DNA from: Candidatus Oxydemutatoraceae bacterium
Lineage (GTDB): Bacteria; Pseudomonadota; Gammaproteobacteria; Poriferisulfidales; Oxydemutatoraceae
DNA: 64,000 nucleotides
Direction: 5' to 3'
Assembly: GCA_965219575.1 (NCBI GenBank)
Contig: OZ244779.1
Location: forward strand, 1,068,769 to 1,132,768
The position numbers were made by a program, and so were the translations under genes. Positions 1-11,500 of this stretch are shown one piece after another. Each line of letters starts with the position of its first letter. The stretch's first letter is position 1. Below the pieces are notes generated by a model. That model worked only from the letters and a program-made list of their open reading frames with translations, had not been told where the DNA came from and did not search any database.

Positions 1-3
1 GGA

Positions 4-3000
4 TTGATAAGGAATAGTTATGTGCGCGGTCGTGTTAGCGGTAGCGGCACTATAGGTGGTTTGATTGGCGATGCCGAGGCAACCGGCACGGTTGAGTTCA
101 GCTATTGGGATAGCACGGTGAATAGCGGTCTTACCACCGATACCAATGCCAGGATCAGCACCGATTTGCAGTCGCCGGTTGCGGCAATCGGCATCTATGC
201 ACAATGGAACACTGCCGATTGGGACTTCGGTGGTACGACGAGTTATCCTGCGCTGCGTTATGCCGAGGTTGACGGTGTCGATGCTTGCGATAGCGATGCG
301 AATACGGCGTTGCCGCGTTGCGGTGCGTTGCTATCCGATCAAGCCGGTCGCGACGAGGGTTTGAGCGCATTGTTTTTCGTGATAAACAGTGCCGAGCAGG
401 ATAATGATCGCATATTCGGCAATCAGCCTTTTTCATCGTTGGTGTTTGACTACGATGTAGTGATCCCGAATACTGCGGAGTTTCAACTGAGACCGTATGC
501 TATCGACAGCGAGGCAACGATTTCAATCGTCAAAGTAGCAGATACGAGTACCGACTATTTTGATGGCAGGCTTAGCGGTGAGTCTAGTCTTGACATTCCC
601 GTATCGGAGGGTATAACCGAAGTCATAAGGATTACGGTGGACGGTGTTGCTTATACTTTGCGTCTAAGAGTGAGCCCCGAGAATCCGGTTAGAATTACGA
701 ACTTTGTCAGTGATCCGGTAGCCGGTAGCATTGTGGATGAAGGACAGTCTGCTACTTTAACTTTTGCGGTTGCCGACGGTAGTAGTGTAAATTATCGTTA
801 TTCGTTGCAACAAGCAGGCAGAGAGATTGCCCAAAGTAATGATCCTACTTTTACCGCCGTCATACCGTTGGATTTTGTGCAAGCCGACCTGACGACACAG
901 AGCATCGTCTATACGATAACGGTTGACGATAGTTTTAGCACTGCGTCCGCCGAACTTGAGCTCATTGCGAATAAAGAGAATAACGGCGAGCCGCAACTGG
1001 AATTGCGCATCACGCCTACTTTCCTAAGCACAACTTCTACCGTAGCCGATGTCGATGGTGCCGGTACATTTACATATCGCTGGGAACGACGAGAGCGGAT
1101 TGATGTTAGCTGGATGGAGGTCTCTACGACTTTTGGTGTTTCGATACCTGCCGATACTCCTGGCGAGGTTCGTTATCGTGTGACAATAGACCATACCGAC
1201 GGGCAGGGATATCGCAATACCTATCTGATTGGACCGTTTCCTGCCGGCATCGACGGCAATAACAACGGCTTGATAGATATTTATTATTTGGAAGACTTGG
1301 ATGCGATGCGTAATCAGCTCGACGGTAGCGGTTATAGCATAAATTCCGGATACAGCAATATCATCGTAGATGAGAACACCTCGGGTTGTCCCGACGGCGG
1401 TTGCAGGGGCTACGAATTGAGTAGGAGTTTGGACTTTAACGAAGATACACACTACCTTGATGCTGCTGCAAACAAAGAGAGATGGACGACGGGTACGGGT
1501 TGGCAGCCGATCGGTGATTTTGATAATCCTTTCAGTGCGATATTCATGGCGAGTACCGAGAGCTTGACTATCTCTAATTTGACGATAGATAGGCGCAATG
1601 AGTCGGGTGTAGGGTTGTTCGGTGAGTCGTCGGGTCGCATAACCGATATTCGTTTAAGCGATGTATCGGTTAGAGGATATAGCGTAGTCGGTGGTTTGGT
1701 GGGTTCCAATAGAGGTCAAATAACCGCCGGTTCGGTAACCGGTTCCGTGGAAAGTGTGGACACATGGGCCGGAGGCTTGGTCGGCACCCATTGGAATGAG
1801 ATTAAGAACAGCTACGCACAGGTTGATGTGTCGGGGTATAGTTCGGTCGGTGGCTTGGTAGGCTATAGCTTCGGAACCATAGCCGATAGCTATGCCTTCG
1901 GTGATGTGAAAGCAAGGATCTTCGGCGGTGGTTTGGTCGGCTTTAACCAAGGCCCTATAGCTCGTAGCTATGCGAGTGGTAGCGTTGAGAGTGCCTTTTA
2001 CGCCGGCGGGTTAATCGGCTACAACGATAGTTATATAGATGCTATCGGCAGAGGTGGAGTAATTGAAAATGTTTATGCGACCGGCAATGTCATCGGTGGC
2101 ACTTATCTCGGTGGCTTGGCAGGTTATAACGACAGCGATATAAACAACGGATATGCGATCGGTCGCGTTATCGGAGGCGGTGGTTCGGGTGGTTTGGTCG
2201 GCTTCAACGACAACGAGGGTGTGATTACAAACAGCTACTGGGATATTGACACGACCGGGCAAGCAACCTCCGACGGTGGGATCCCTAGGACGACCGTGCA
2301 GTTGCAAATGCCGACCGAACCGGGGGCGACGGCGGATATGACTTATTACCAATGGAGCGATAGTGCTTGGAACTTCGGTAGTACGACCGAATATCCGACG
2401 CTCAAAGACGAGGACGGCAACGATTTACCGTTGCTCGAGACTCGGCTGGGTACATCGCTCGGGCTCGGTGCGCTGGTGTTAAGCGGATTACAATTATCGG
2501 ACGGTATGTTGGAACCGCCGTTTGACCCGACTAAGACAAGCTACGAGCTATTGGATCTAGCCGGCGAACAGACGACGATGACGGCGACGACGGCAGCGGA
2601 AAATGCAGTTATTTCTATAGAAGTAGATAGTCAAACGGCGTCTACGGGCAATCTGGCAGTGGCTACCCGAATAACGGATACGGTAAATAATATCGTTATC
2701 AGAGTGACGGTGTCAGGGCGTAGCACGGCAACCTATACGGTCGTATTGCCCGCCAACCGTCCGTCGCTGGCCGGCATACCTAAAGAACCCTGTAGTCTGA
2801 CGGATGTAGATCAAGACGACGACCGCCTGATAGAGATTTGCGACATAGAGGGACTGTATGCGATGCGCTATCGTTTGGACGGCAGTGCGTATAAAGCGAG
2901 CAGTGCGGCAGCGGAGATTGACAGCGGTTGTCCGCAGAGTGGCTGTATAGGCTATGAATTGATGAATGATTTGGACTTCGGTAATCCCGACCACTATAGG

Positions 3001-6000
3001 GATGGTAGCAACCGAGCGATATGGACGGTTACCGATTACGCCGACGATAGCGATAAAGGCTGGCGACCGATAGGGGATTTTGCCGTCTCGTTTAATGCCA
3101 CATTCAAGGCGAACAGTCATACGATTTCGGGTTTGCAGACCAACAGAGACGACAACACAAACGGCAGAGATTACGCAGGTCTTTTCGGGCATATAGGGGC
3201 GCGTGCGCAACTTGACGGGGTCGATTTGTCCGCTATAGATGTAAGGGGCAGATTTGTAGTCGGTGGTTTGGTCGGGCGGAGCGACGGTGGGACGGTAATC
3301 AATAGTTCTGTAGAAGGCATTGTAGCGGGAAGCCCGGTCATTAATTCGTTGGGTTCAAGCTGGATAGGCGGTATGGTAGGTTCTAATAACGGTGCAATCG
3401 TCAACAGCTATGCGCAAGCGAGCGTATTCGGACACACGACGATCGGTGGTTTGGTGGGTGTTGCAACAAAGGGTAGCGACATCCGAAATAGTTACGCTCT
3501 GGGTAGTGTGAACGGCATCAACTATGTAGGCGGTCTGGCCGGCTTTAATCAAGGTCGTTTTGAAAACTGCTATGCGAGAGTCTCAATCGGTGGTGTTTTT
3601 TCGGTTGCCGGTCTGGTCGCTTTGAACGACGACGAAGGTGTTATAAGGAATAGCTATGCTGTTCCCGACTCATTTTTTCCTATAGCCGGTTTGGTGGAGA
3701 CTAATCAGGGTACTATCATCGATAGTTACTGGCAACGAAGCGATACGGTAAGCAGTAGCGACGGAGGTATCGGTTTGATGCCGGAAGTACTGCAAGCGTC
3801 GGCTTCGTTTCCCGGATGGTTGTCGGCGAACTGGGATTTTACCGACGGTGAGTATCCGGGACTGAAGTATGCCGAGGGCGGCGATCCCGATAATCCTGCG
3901 TGCGAGACACCGCCGCCGGATACGCAACTGCCGAACTGCGGCACCTTATTGGCGAATCAAAGACTTGGACTGGAGCGCATAGAATTAGTCGGAGTCGAAC
4001 TGTTCCCGAATTTCAATTCTGCGATAAACAACTATTCTGCGAGTGTTTCCGTTGAGACGACGAATGTCATGATAGTCGTGAGCTCAAATAACGTAATGAC
4101 ACCGATAAATATAAACGGCGTTGAGGCATCGGGTAATGTTAGTAGTATCGTAAAATTAGCCGAGACCGAAGATACTAAAATTACGATTGCAAGCGTAGAG
4201 GATGCTACAACCTATACCGTCGTCATCGTAAAGCAGTCGGAGATCGCCGGTTTTGTGCCTAGCCGTTTTGCAGGACGGCCCGCCGACCCACAATGCAGAA
4301 ACTGCAATCCGACCGTCGACGGTGTTGTGCAGATACGCTTTGCCGACGAGACCTTATCGCAAAGTGGAGATAGCATACGGGTTAAGCTCCAATTTAGAAG
4401 ACTATTCGGTGGTGATGGCGATAGTCGCTATATTGCCTCCGCCGGTTTAGGTTTGAGATATAACCCCGCCGTTTTCGGCCAATGTACCCATGAACGTTCG
4501 GATTTCTTCACCGCTACCGATAATTACGCTATTTCGTTTTCCGATACCGATGTCGATGAGTTGCGTATAGCCGAGACAGGTATAGATCTAAATGCAGGCT
4601 CCGACGAATTTAGTGCGTTGGGTGAGGCATGGAAAGATTTGGTAACGCTGACCTGTGCGATACCGAATCGGGAGAACGAACTGGGAGCGGCAATAGCCGG
4701 TACCGCTGCCCGACAAGTTGTCTTATATAGGTACGACAGCGACGGTGATGCGATACCGAGTGTGGCGTTGCTGTCGGCAAACAACGATTTGCGAGGATTG
4801 AGAGCCGACGACAGGAGCTATGTGGAGGCGTATATGCGTCACAGCGACGGCAAGGGCGTACGCTTGAAGTTTTCCAAAGGTGTGGCGGTATTTCCCGATG
4901 TGCGCGGTGGCACACAATCGGATGCAGTCGCTTTGACGACCGACAATTTTAGTCTAGCTATGTCTACCGATGCGGCGATTAGTACCGTGACCCATGTGGT
5001 CGGTAGCCGCTATGTCAATATCGAGTTTGACCGAGTGGTGGTGAATAATATATTGAGGCTGGTCAGCACATCGACAAGCATAATCTACGATGTCGACGAC
5101 GCAATAATGCAAGGTGAGGCATTGGCACATGACAGTTTTGCTGCCGAATTGGCATACGACAGCGAAGCCCCGGTGGTCGAGCGTTTGGTTGAAAGTGTTA
5201 CCGTGGTTCAAGAAACAACGAGAAACATAATATTTAACAAGCCTCTAAACCCGGCGACGGTGAGCATAGAAGCCTTATGTTTGGCCGATGAAGAGGGTCT
5301 TTGTGCCGGCGACGACGAAGCAACGGGAAGCAGTATTACCTCGGTGGTACTGATGGAAGACAACAGCGTGTTGCAAGTAGGTATAAGTAGTGCCGAGCAG
5401 GTGGCAAGAGATGCTCGCATAGAGTTTAGACGCGGTGCGTTATTGGGAACCGATTACAGGTGGGTTGAAGAGTATCAAGTCGCATTGAGAGACCCGATAA
5501 CGATACCGGATGTTGTGGCACCGACGATCACGGTATCGGCGGTCGATGGTACGGCGAATATAGAAACACAAACGCATACGCGCATCACTTACGGTATGAG
5601 TTTCACGGTCTCTGCCAACGAACCCGTAGTCGGTTTGAATACGACAAGTTCTTACAGCTTATTGCGAGTCCCGGATACCGGTGATGCGGTGCTCGTAGAA
5701 AATGCCGTGCCGAGTACAACAACGGTATCGGGGACGAATCAAGTGACAGTGAGCTACAGTGGTATAGAGGTTCCGGTGTCGGATGTTACGAACACCAGAG
5801 GTTTTACGCTGAGAAGAACGAGCGATACATCGCTACAAGATTTATCGGGTAAAGATCCTATCGGGTCGTCCTCCGGCTTTTTGGACGCTACCGGTGTTAG
5901 CAACGGAAGTGCCGTAGCGCAGACCGGAGATTTAGATAATACGGCACAATTAATGAGTTTGAGCCTATCGGTAGAGAGCGAGAGCAGTCCATTGTCACCG

Positions 6001-7953
6001 CCCTTTGATCCTGCGGTTGCGGTTAGAAGTTATAGCATAGCAAATGTTGCAAATTCGGTGGGTGATACCACGATAAGCGTGACCGCACAAAACCCGGCAA
6101 ACATTAGACTAATAAGAATAGGGAGTAGCTCCGACGACGATATAGCGGTCAATGCGTTATCGGTGACCAGCGACGCCATACCGCTGGAAGAAGGTGGGAC
6201 GACGACGATTACCATCGTGGTTATTGCGCAAGACGGCACAACCGAAGAGGAATATACCGTTGCGGTAGAACGTTTGCCGAGTATGGTTGCCGACTTAGAA
6301 GCATTGGAGGTAGTAGGCGACAGTGGCACGATAGAATTGGATCCCGACTTTTCTACGGGTGAAACCGAATATACGGCACGAGTGCGAAACGATTTAGAGA
6401 CGATTTTGATAAACACGACGGCAACGCAAAGCGCGGCGACAATTCAAATCGCAAAAACCGAAATTATGGATAACACGCCGAGAATGCCTCGTCGATCGAT
6501 CTCCTTAGATCAAGGAACGACGACAACCATCGTCGTACGAGTAACTGCGCAAGACGGAACAACCACCGCAAACTATGTAGTTACGGTAGTACGCCTGCCG
6601 AGTACGGTTGCCGGCTTGGAAGCATTGGAGATAGTAGGCACTAGTGGCACGATAGAATTGGATCCCGACTTTTCTACGGGTGAAACCGAATATACGGCAC
6701 GAGTGCGAAACGATTTAGAGACGATTTTGATAAACACGACGGCAACGCAAAGCGCGGCGACAATTCAAATCGCAAAAACCGAAATTATGGATAACACGCC
6801 GAGAATGCCTCGTCGATCGATCTCCTTAGATCAAGGAACGACGACAACCATCGTCGTACGAGTAACTGCGCAAGACGGAACAACCACCGCAAACTATGTA
6901 GTTACGGTAGTACGCCTGCCGAGTACGGTTGCCGGCTTGGAAGCATTGGAGATAGTAGGCACTAGTGGCACGATAGAATTGGATCCCGACTTTTCTACGG
7001 ATGAAACCGAGTATACGGCACGAGTGCGAAACGATTTGGAGACGGTTTCGATAAACACGACGGCAACGCAAAGCGCAGCGACAATTCAAATCGCAAAGAC
7101 CGAAATTATGGATAACACGCCGAGGATGCCTCGTCGATCGATTACCTTAGATCGAGGAACGACGACGACTGTCGTCGTACGAGTAACTGCGCAAGACGGA
7201 ACAACCACCGCAAACTATGTAGTTACGGTAGTACGCCTGCCGAGTACGGTTGCCGACTTGGAAGCATTGGAGGTAGTAGGCGACAGTGGCACGATAGAAT
7301 TGGATCCCGACTTTTCTACGGGTGAAACCGAATATACGGCACGAGTGCGAAACGATTTAGAGACGATTTTGATAAACACGACGGCAACGCAAAGCGCGGC
7401 GACAATTCAAATCGCAAAAACCGAAATTATGGATAACACGCCGAGAATGCCTCGTCGATCGATCTCCTTAGATCAAGGAACGACGACAACCATCGTCGTA
7501 CGAGTAACTGCGCAAGACGGAACAACCACCGCAAACTATGTAGTTACGGTAGTACGCCTGCCGAGTACGGTTGCCGGCTTGGAAGCATTGGAGATAGTAG
7601 GCACTAGTGGCACGATAGAATTGGATCCCGACTTTTCTACGGGTGAAACCGAATATACGGCACGAGTGCGAAACGATTTAGAGACGATTTTGATAAACAC
7701 GACGGCAACGCAAAGCGCGGCGACAATTCAAATCGCAAAAACCGAAATTATGGATAACACGCCGAGAATGCCTCGTCGATCGATTACCTTAGATCAAGGA
7801 ACGACGACGACCATCATCGTACGGGTAACCGCGCAAGACGGCACAACCCCCCTCGAAGACTATACGATTACGGTAGTACGTTTGCCGAGTACGGATGCCA
7901 TGAATGCCATCCGCATTCGCGTCAAAGTATTCTTGGAAGGCCCCCTGCAATAG
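4..7953 (+). CDS. Giant secreted/surface protein (5'-truncated by window): GLUG-like Gly-rich repeats, repeated 'DxDxLIEI...GCP..C.GYEL..DLDF' modules, cadherin-like beta-sandwich domains
   Basis: 2649-aa ORF running from the window edge; many VGGLVGxN repeats; LxPxFDPxxxxY...VTAQDG cadherin-like units; five near-identical C-terminal repeats; ends IRIRVKVFLEGPLQ. Confidence 0.85.
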   Translation: MIRNSYVRGRVSGSGTIGGLIGDAEATGTVEFSYWDSTVNSGLTTDTNARISTDLQSPVAAIGIYAQWNTADWDFGGTTSYPALRYAEVDGVDACDSDANTALPRCGALLSDQAGRDEGLSALFFVINSAEQDNDRIFGNQPFSSLVFDYDVVIPNTAEFQLRPYAIDSEATISIVKVADTSTDYFDGRLSGESSLDIPVSEGITEVIRITVDGVAYTLRLRVSPENPVRITNFVSDPVAGSIVDEGQSATLTFAVADGSSVNYRYSLQQAGREIAQSNDPTFTAVIPLDFVQADLTTQSIVYTITVDDSFSTASAELELIANKENNGEPQLELRITPTFLSTTSTVADVDGAGTFTYRWERRERIDVSWMEVSTTFGVSIPADTPGEVRYRVTIDHTDGQGYRNTYLIGPFPAGIDGNNNGLIDIYYLEDLDAMRNQLDGSGYSINSGYSNIIVDENTSGCPDGGCRGYELSRSLDFNEDTHYLDAAANKERWTTGTGWQPIGDFDNPFSAIFMASTESLTISNLTIDRRNESGVGLFGESSGRITDIRLSDVSVRGYSVVGGLVGSNRGQITAGSVTGSVESVDTWAGGLVGTHWNEIKNSYAQVDVSGYSSVGGLVGYSFGTIADSYAFGDVKARIFGGGLVGFNQGPIARSYASGSVESAFYAGGLIGYNDSYIDAIGRGGVIENVYATGNVIGGTYLGGLAGYNDSDINNGYAIGRVIGGGGSGGLVGFNDNEGVITNSYWDIDTTGQATSDGGIPRTTVQLQMPTEPGATADMTYYQWSDSAWNFGSTTEYPTLKDEDGNDLPLLETRLGTSLGLGALVLSGLQLSDGMLEPPFDPTKTSYELLDLAGEQTTMTATTAAENAVISIEVDSQTASTGNLAVATRITDTVNNIVIRVTVSGRSTATYTVVLPANRPSLAGIPKEPCSLTDVDQDDDRLIEICDIEGLYAMRYRLDGSAYKASSAAAEIDSGCPQSGCIGYELMNDLDFGNPDHYRDGSNRAIWTVTDYADDSDKGWRPIGDFAVSFNATFKANSHTISGLQTNRDDNTNGRDYAGLFGHIGARAQLDGVDLSAIDVRGRFVVGGLVGRSDGGTVINSSVEGIVAGSPVINSLGSSWIGGMVGSNNGAIVNSYAQASVFGHTTIGGLVGVATKGSDIRNSYALGSVNGINYVGGLAGFNQGRFENCYARVSIGGVFSVAGLVALNDDEGVIRNSYAVPDSFFPIAGLVETNQGTIIDSYWQRSDTVSSSDGGIGLMPEVLQASASFPGWLSANWDFTDGEYPGLKYAEGGDPDNPACETPPPDTQLPNCGTLLANQRLGLERIELVGVELFPNFNSAINNYSASVSVETTNVMIVVSSNNVMTPININGVEASGNVSSIVKLAETEDTKITIASVEDATTYTVVIVKQSEIAGFVPSRFAGRPADPQCRNCNPTVDGVVQIRFADETLSQSGDSIRVKLQFRRLFGGDGDSRYIASAGLGLRYNPAVFGQCTHERSDFFTATDNYAISFSDTDVDELRIAETGIDLNAGSDEFSALGEAWKDLVTLTCAIPNRENELGAAIAGTAARQVVLYRYDSDGDAIPSVALLSANNDLRGLRADDRSYVEAYMRHSDGKGVRLKFSKGVAVFPDVRGGTQSDAVALTTDNFSLAMSTDAAISTVTHVVGSRYVNIEFDRVVVNNILRLVSTSTSIIYDVDDAIMQGEALAHDSFAAELAYDSEAPVVERLVESVTVVQETTRNIIFNKPLNPATVSIEALCLADEEGLCAGDDEATGSSITSVVLMEDNSVLQVGISSAEQVARDARIEFRRGALLGTDYRWVEEYQVALRDPITIPDVVAPTITVSAVDGTANIETQTHTRITYGMSFTVSANEPVVGLNTTSSYSLLRVPDTGDAVLVENAVPSTTTVSGTNQVTVSYSGIEVPVSDVTNTRGFTLRRTSDTSLQDLSGKDPIGSSSGFLDATGVSNGSAVAQTGDLDNTAQLMSLSLSVESESSPLSPPFDPAVAVRSYSIANVANSVGDTTISVTAQNPANIRLIRIGSSSDDDIAVNALSVTSDAIPLEEGGTTTITIVVIAQDGTTEEEYTVAVERLPSMVADLEALEVVGDSGTIELDPDFSTGETEYTARVRNDLETILINTTATQSAATIQIAKTEIMDNTPRMPRRSISLDQGTTTTIVVRVTAQDGTTTANYVVTVVRLPSTVAGLEALEIVGTSGTIELDPDFSTGETEYTARVRNDLETILINTTATQSAATIQIAKTEIMDNTPRMPRRSISLDQGTTTTIVVRVTAQDGTTTANYVVTVVRLPSTVAGLEALEIVGTSGTIELDPDFSTDETEYTARVRNDLETVSINTTATQSAATIQIAKTEIMDNTPRMPRRSITLDRGTTTTVVVRVTAQDGTTTANYVVTVVRLPSTVADLEALEVVGDSGTIELDPDFSTGETEYTARVRNDLETILINTTATQSAATIQIAKTEIMDNTPRMPRRSISLDQGTTTTIVVRVTAQDGTTTANYVVTVVRLPSTVAGLEALEIVGTSGTIELDPDFSTGETEYTARVRNDLETILINTTATQSAATIQIAKTEIMDNTPRMPRRSITLDQGTTTTIIVRVTAQDGTTPLEDYTITVVRLPSTDAMNAIRIRVKVFLEGPLQ
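6271..7890 (+). repeat. Five tandem 321-bp (107-aa) intragenic repeats
   Basis: gcattggag anchor at 6301, 6622, 6943, 7264, 7585; copies nearly identical at DNA level. Confidence 0.95.
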
Positions 7954-8004
7954 TACCTCATCATTAACCAACTATCTTGCGTAGGGCTAGTTGATGTGTG
8001 TCCA

Positions 8005-8598
8005 TCATATTGGGTTGATGACGGCGATCACTCCGATGACCGGGTGGTCTATATAGAATAGTTCTTCATCGGTCATAATTCTTTCTAAGTGTATAGGGAT
8101 AGAAAAAGTTTGTGGTGTGTCTACGAATCGAGGTGCTTCGTCGAAGGCGGGGTCGTATTGAAAATCTAATATCAGTTTGAAATAACTCTCAAAACTCATC
8201 CAAGCAGTCGCTTTGAGTAATCCGTTTTGAGGTTCGTTTAAGATATCGATGTAGGGTGTTTGGGCGCGGTTTAAGGGCGGTTGCCGCCACCCACCGTGAT
8301 AGAGTAATTCATAGCGGCTGTCTAGCTCGATTTTTTGTGCTTCGTCGGTTAATCTCAACTGACCCTCGGTTACCGCCCGTATATCGTCGTAGGCATCGGT
8401 TTGAGATAGATCCAAAGCTGCGCGTTCCGCATGCCGGCTTGTCTGCATATGGCTTAGGTCTTTGAGTTTGTCTATTGCGATATCGGCTTCTATTTGCTTG
8501 AAGACGATAATCTCTGCTTGGTATAGTTCGGCGGTGTCTTGTGCACCTGCATCGCTACAGCATATTAAAAGCGATATCGATAAAAATAGAATTTTCAT
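8005..8598 (-). CDS. CsiV-like periplasmic peptidoglycan-binding protein
   Basis: Signal peptide; YQAEIIVF, LLYHGGWRQP and FYIDHPVIGVI motifs; directly downstream of mfd as in other gammaproteobacteria. Confidence 0.7.
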   Translation of the reverse strand: MKILFLSISLLICCSDAGAQDTAELYQAEIIVFKQIEADIAIDKLKDLSHMQTSRHAERAALDLSQTDAYDDIRAVTEGQLRLTDEAQKIELDSRYELLYHGGWRQPPLNRAQTPYIDILNEPQNGLLKATAWMSFESYFKLILDFQYDPAFDEAPRFVDTPQTFSIPIHLERIMTDEELFYIDHPVIGVIAVINPI

Positions 8599-11500
8599 TT
8601 AAGCCACCTCCTTTAGCGATAATAGTTTAATAAAATCTTTTATTTTCGATTCCCGTACGGCAATGGTTTCCATGCCGTCGTCGTTCTCGCTTACGATGAG
8701 TTTTTGATTGCCTATAAAGCGATATTTCTCGGGTTCTTTTTTCACCATTTCAATCAGTTTATCCAGATCGAGTTTGGGTTGTTCTTCAAAGTGTATATTC
8801 AATTCGGATTCGTCGGCTCTTAATTTTCGTATACCTATATTGTGGCATATTATTCTAATCGCTGCATTGATATATAGATTTTTGGTGTAATCCGGCAGTG
8901 CGCCGAAGCGATCTATCATTTCTACTTTGAGTTCTGCTAGGCTCTCCTCGTCGCTCGCCGCAGCGATGCGGCGATAAAGCACTAGGCGTAGATTGACATC
9001 CGGGATGTAATCCGGCGGGATTAGTGCGGGTTCGCCCAAGTTGATTTCGGCTACCGTATCGAGCGGTCTATCGGGGTCGGGAAGTTGTCCCGATTTGAGC
9101 GTCTCTACGGCGCGTCGTAATAGTTTGTTATACATCGCAAAACCGACTTTTTGTATATGCCCACTCTGCTCTTCGCCCAATAATTCTCCCGCACCTCTGA
9201 TTTCCAAGTCGTGGCTTGCGATAGTGAAACCGATGCTTAAATCTTCCAAAGACTCTATCACCTCGAGACGTTTTGTTGCGTCGTCGGTAATTTCCGAGCG
9301 CGTCGGAATGAGTAGATACGCATAAGCGGCGTGGTGCGATCTCCCGACGCGTCCGCGGAGTTGGTGCAGTTGTGCCAACCCCAAGTGATCGGCACGATTG
9401 ATGATTATCGTATTCGCATTCGGTATGTCTATGCCGCTTTCTATAATCGTCGTGCAGACGAGGACATGATGATTGTGGTTGTAAAAATCCATCATCGTTC
9501 GTTCCAAGTCTTTTTCGTTCATCTGCCCGTGTGCCACCACGATTTTTGCATCGGGTAGTAGCGATCTTAACGCTTCTGCGGTATCGTCTATGGTTCGCAC
9601 TTCGTTGTGTAGGAAAAAGATTTGCCCGCCGCGACGGAGTTCTCGATTGCACGCTTCGCAGATTAAGGCATCGTCCCATTGTGTCACAAAGGTTTTAATC
9701 GCTCGGCGTCCCGGGGGCGGTGTTGCAATGATAGACAAAGACCTGAGCCCGCCGAGGCTCATGCCGAGGGTGCGCGGTATCGGTGTGGCGGTCAATGTCA
9801 ATACATCCGCCGATGTGCGTATGGATTTTATCTGCTCTTTGTCTTTGACACCGAAGCAGTGCTCTTCGTCTATTACGATCAGTCCTAAATTCTTGAAATC
9901 GGGCGGCGTGCGCAGTAGGGTATGCGTACCGATGACGATATCGACATCGCCTTTTTGTATTGCGCTCAAGATTTGTTTTTTTCGTTTACCCGAGACGAAG
10001 CGCGACAACATCTCTATGCGTACCGGCCATTTTGCAAAACGCTCTCTGAATGCCTCGAAGTGCTGTATCGCAAGCAGTGTGGTCGGCACCAATACGGCAA
10101 CCTGTTTGTGGTTGTGTACGGCGACAAAAGCGGCGCGTATCGCAACTTCGGTTTTGCCGAAGCCCACATCGCCGCAGACGATCCGGTCCATGAGTTTATC
10201 GCTGTTCATATCTCGTAGCACATCGTCTATTGCGCTTTTTTGATCGGGCGTTTCTCTATAAGCAAAGGTGGCGGCGAAAGCGTGGTAGTCCGAATGGTCT
10301 ATCTCAAAGCGTATATTGGGCGAAGCGTTGCGGCGCGCTTGTATATCCAACAGTTCGGCTGCAACATCGTGTGCCTTGATTGCCGCTTTGCGTTTTGCGG
10401 TATTCCATGCTCGGCCGTTGAGATTATCGAGTTTGATATGTTGTGAAGGATTGCCGGTGTAACGGCTCAGTAGATGTAGTGCGGTGACCGGGACATAAAG
10501 TTTATCTTTATCGGCATATTCTAATACGCAAAACTCCGATAGATAACCCCCTACCTCCATCGCCTTTATGCCGACGAAACGGCCTACACCGTAGTCTTGA
10601 TGTACGGTCGCACTACCGATTTCCAAATCTCCTATGCTCTGTATCAACGCCGCAACATTACGCGCTTGCTTCGATTGTGTGCCGGTGCTTGTCGGTTTCG
10701 TGACAATATCGTGATAACCGAGTAGTGCGATGTTCGGTTCCTCGAGGATAACGCTTTGATGTAGGTCGGCGCAACAAATGCAAAGTTTTGCAGAACTTTT
10801 AAGAAATGTTTGCCAATTTTCTACTACTTTGGGGCGTATGCGATAGGGTGCGAGTATTTCGGAAAGTTGTTCCGAATAGCCCTGTGTGGGTGCATGGAGT
10901 AGGATGCGTCCCGTATAGGTGCGTATAAAATCCTCCAGCTTAGCGGCGGGTGATTTCTGTTGCGGATCTAATGCAACGGGTGGTGGCAAGCGAGTTTTGA
11001 AATTACGGATACCGTGCTGCCGGGAATCTGCGTAATACTTAAAGGCTTGGGTTTCAATGTTGTCGAAGTGTTTTAAGCGTTGCGCTAGTTCATCGCTATT
11101 TAGGTAGAGTAGACCGGGGTTTAGTAGGGCGCGCGCTTCGGCACGGGCGAGCAATCGGTATCTTTCCTCTACATATTCCAGATGTTTTGCCGCGGTCTCG
11201 AGGACTTCTTTCGTATAGATGCAAACCGTGTCGGGACCGAGGTAATCGAACAGTGTTGCCGTTGTGTCGTGAAAAAACGGCAGATAATATTCTATGCCTG
11301 CCGGGATGATGCGCTCGCTGATGCTCGAATAAACGAAGCATTGATCCGGTTGTATGCTGAAGTGCAAGCGGAATTTGTATCTGAACGATTTTATGGTCTG
11401 CTTGTCTATTAAGAATTCTCGCGCCGGTAACAATATCGTAGAGTTTATTTTTTCTATCGTTTGTTGGGAGTCCGAATTAAACGATCGTAAAGTATCTATT

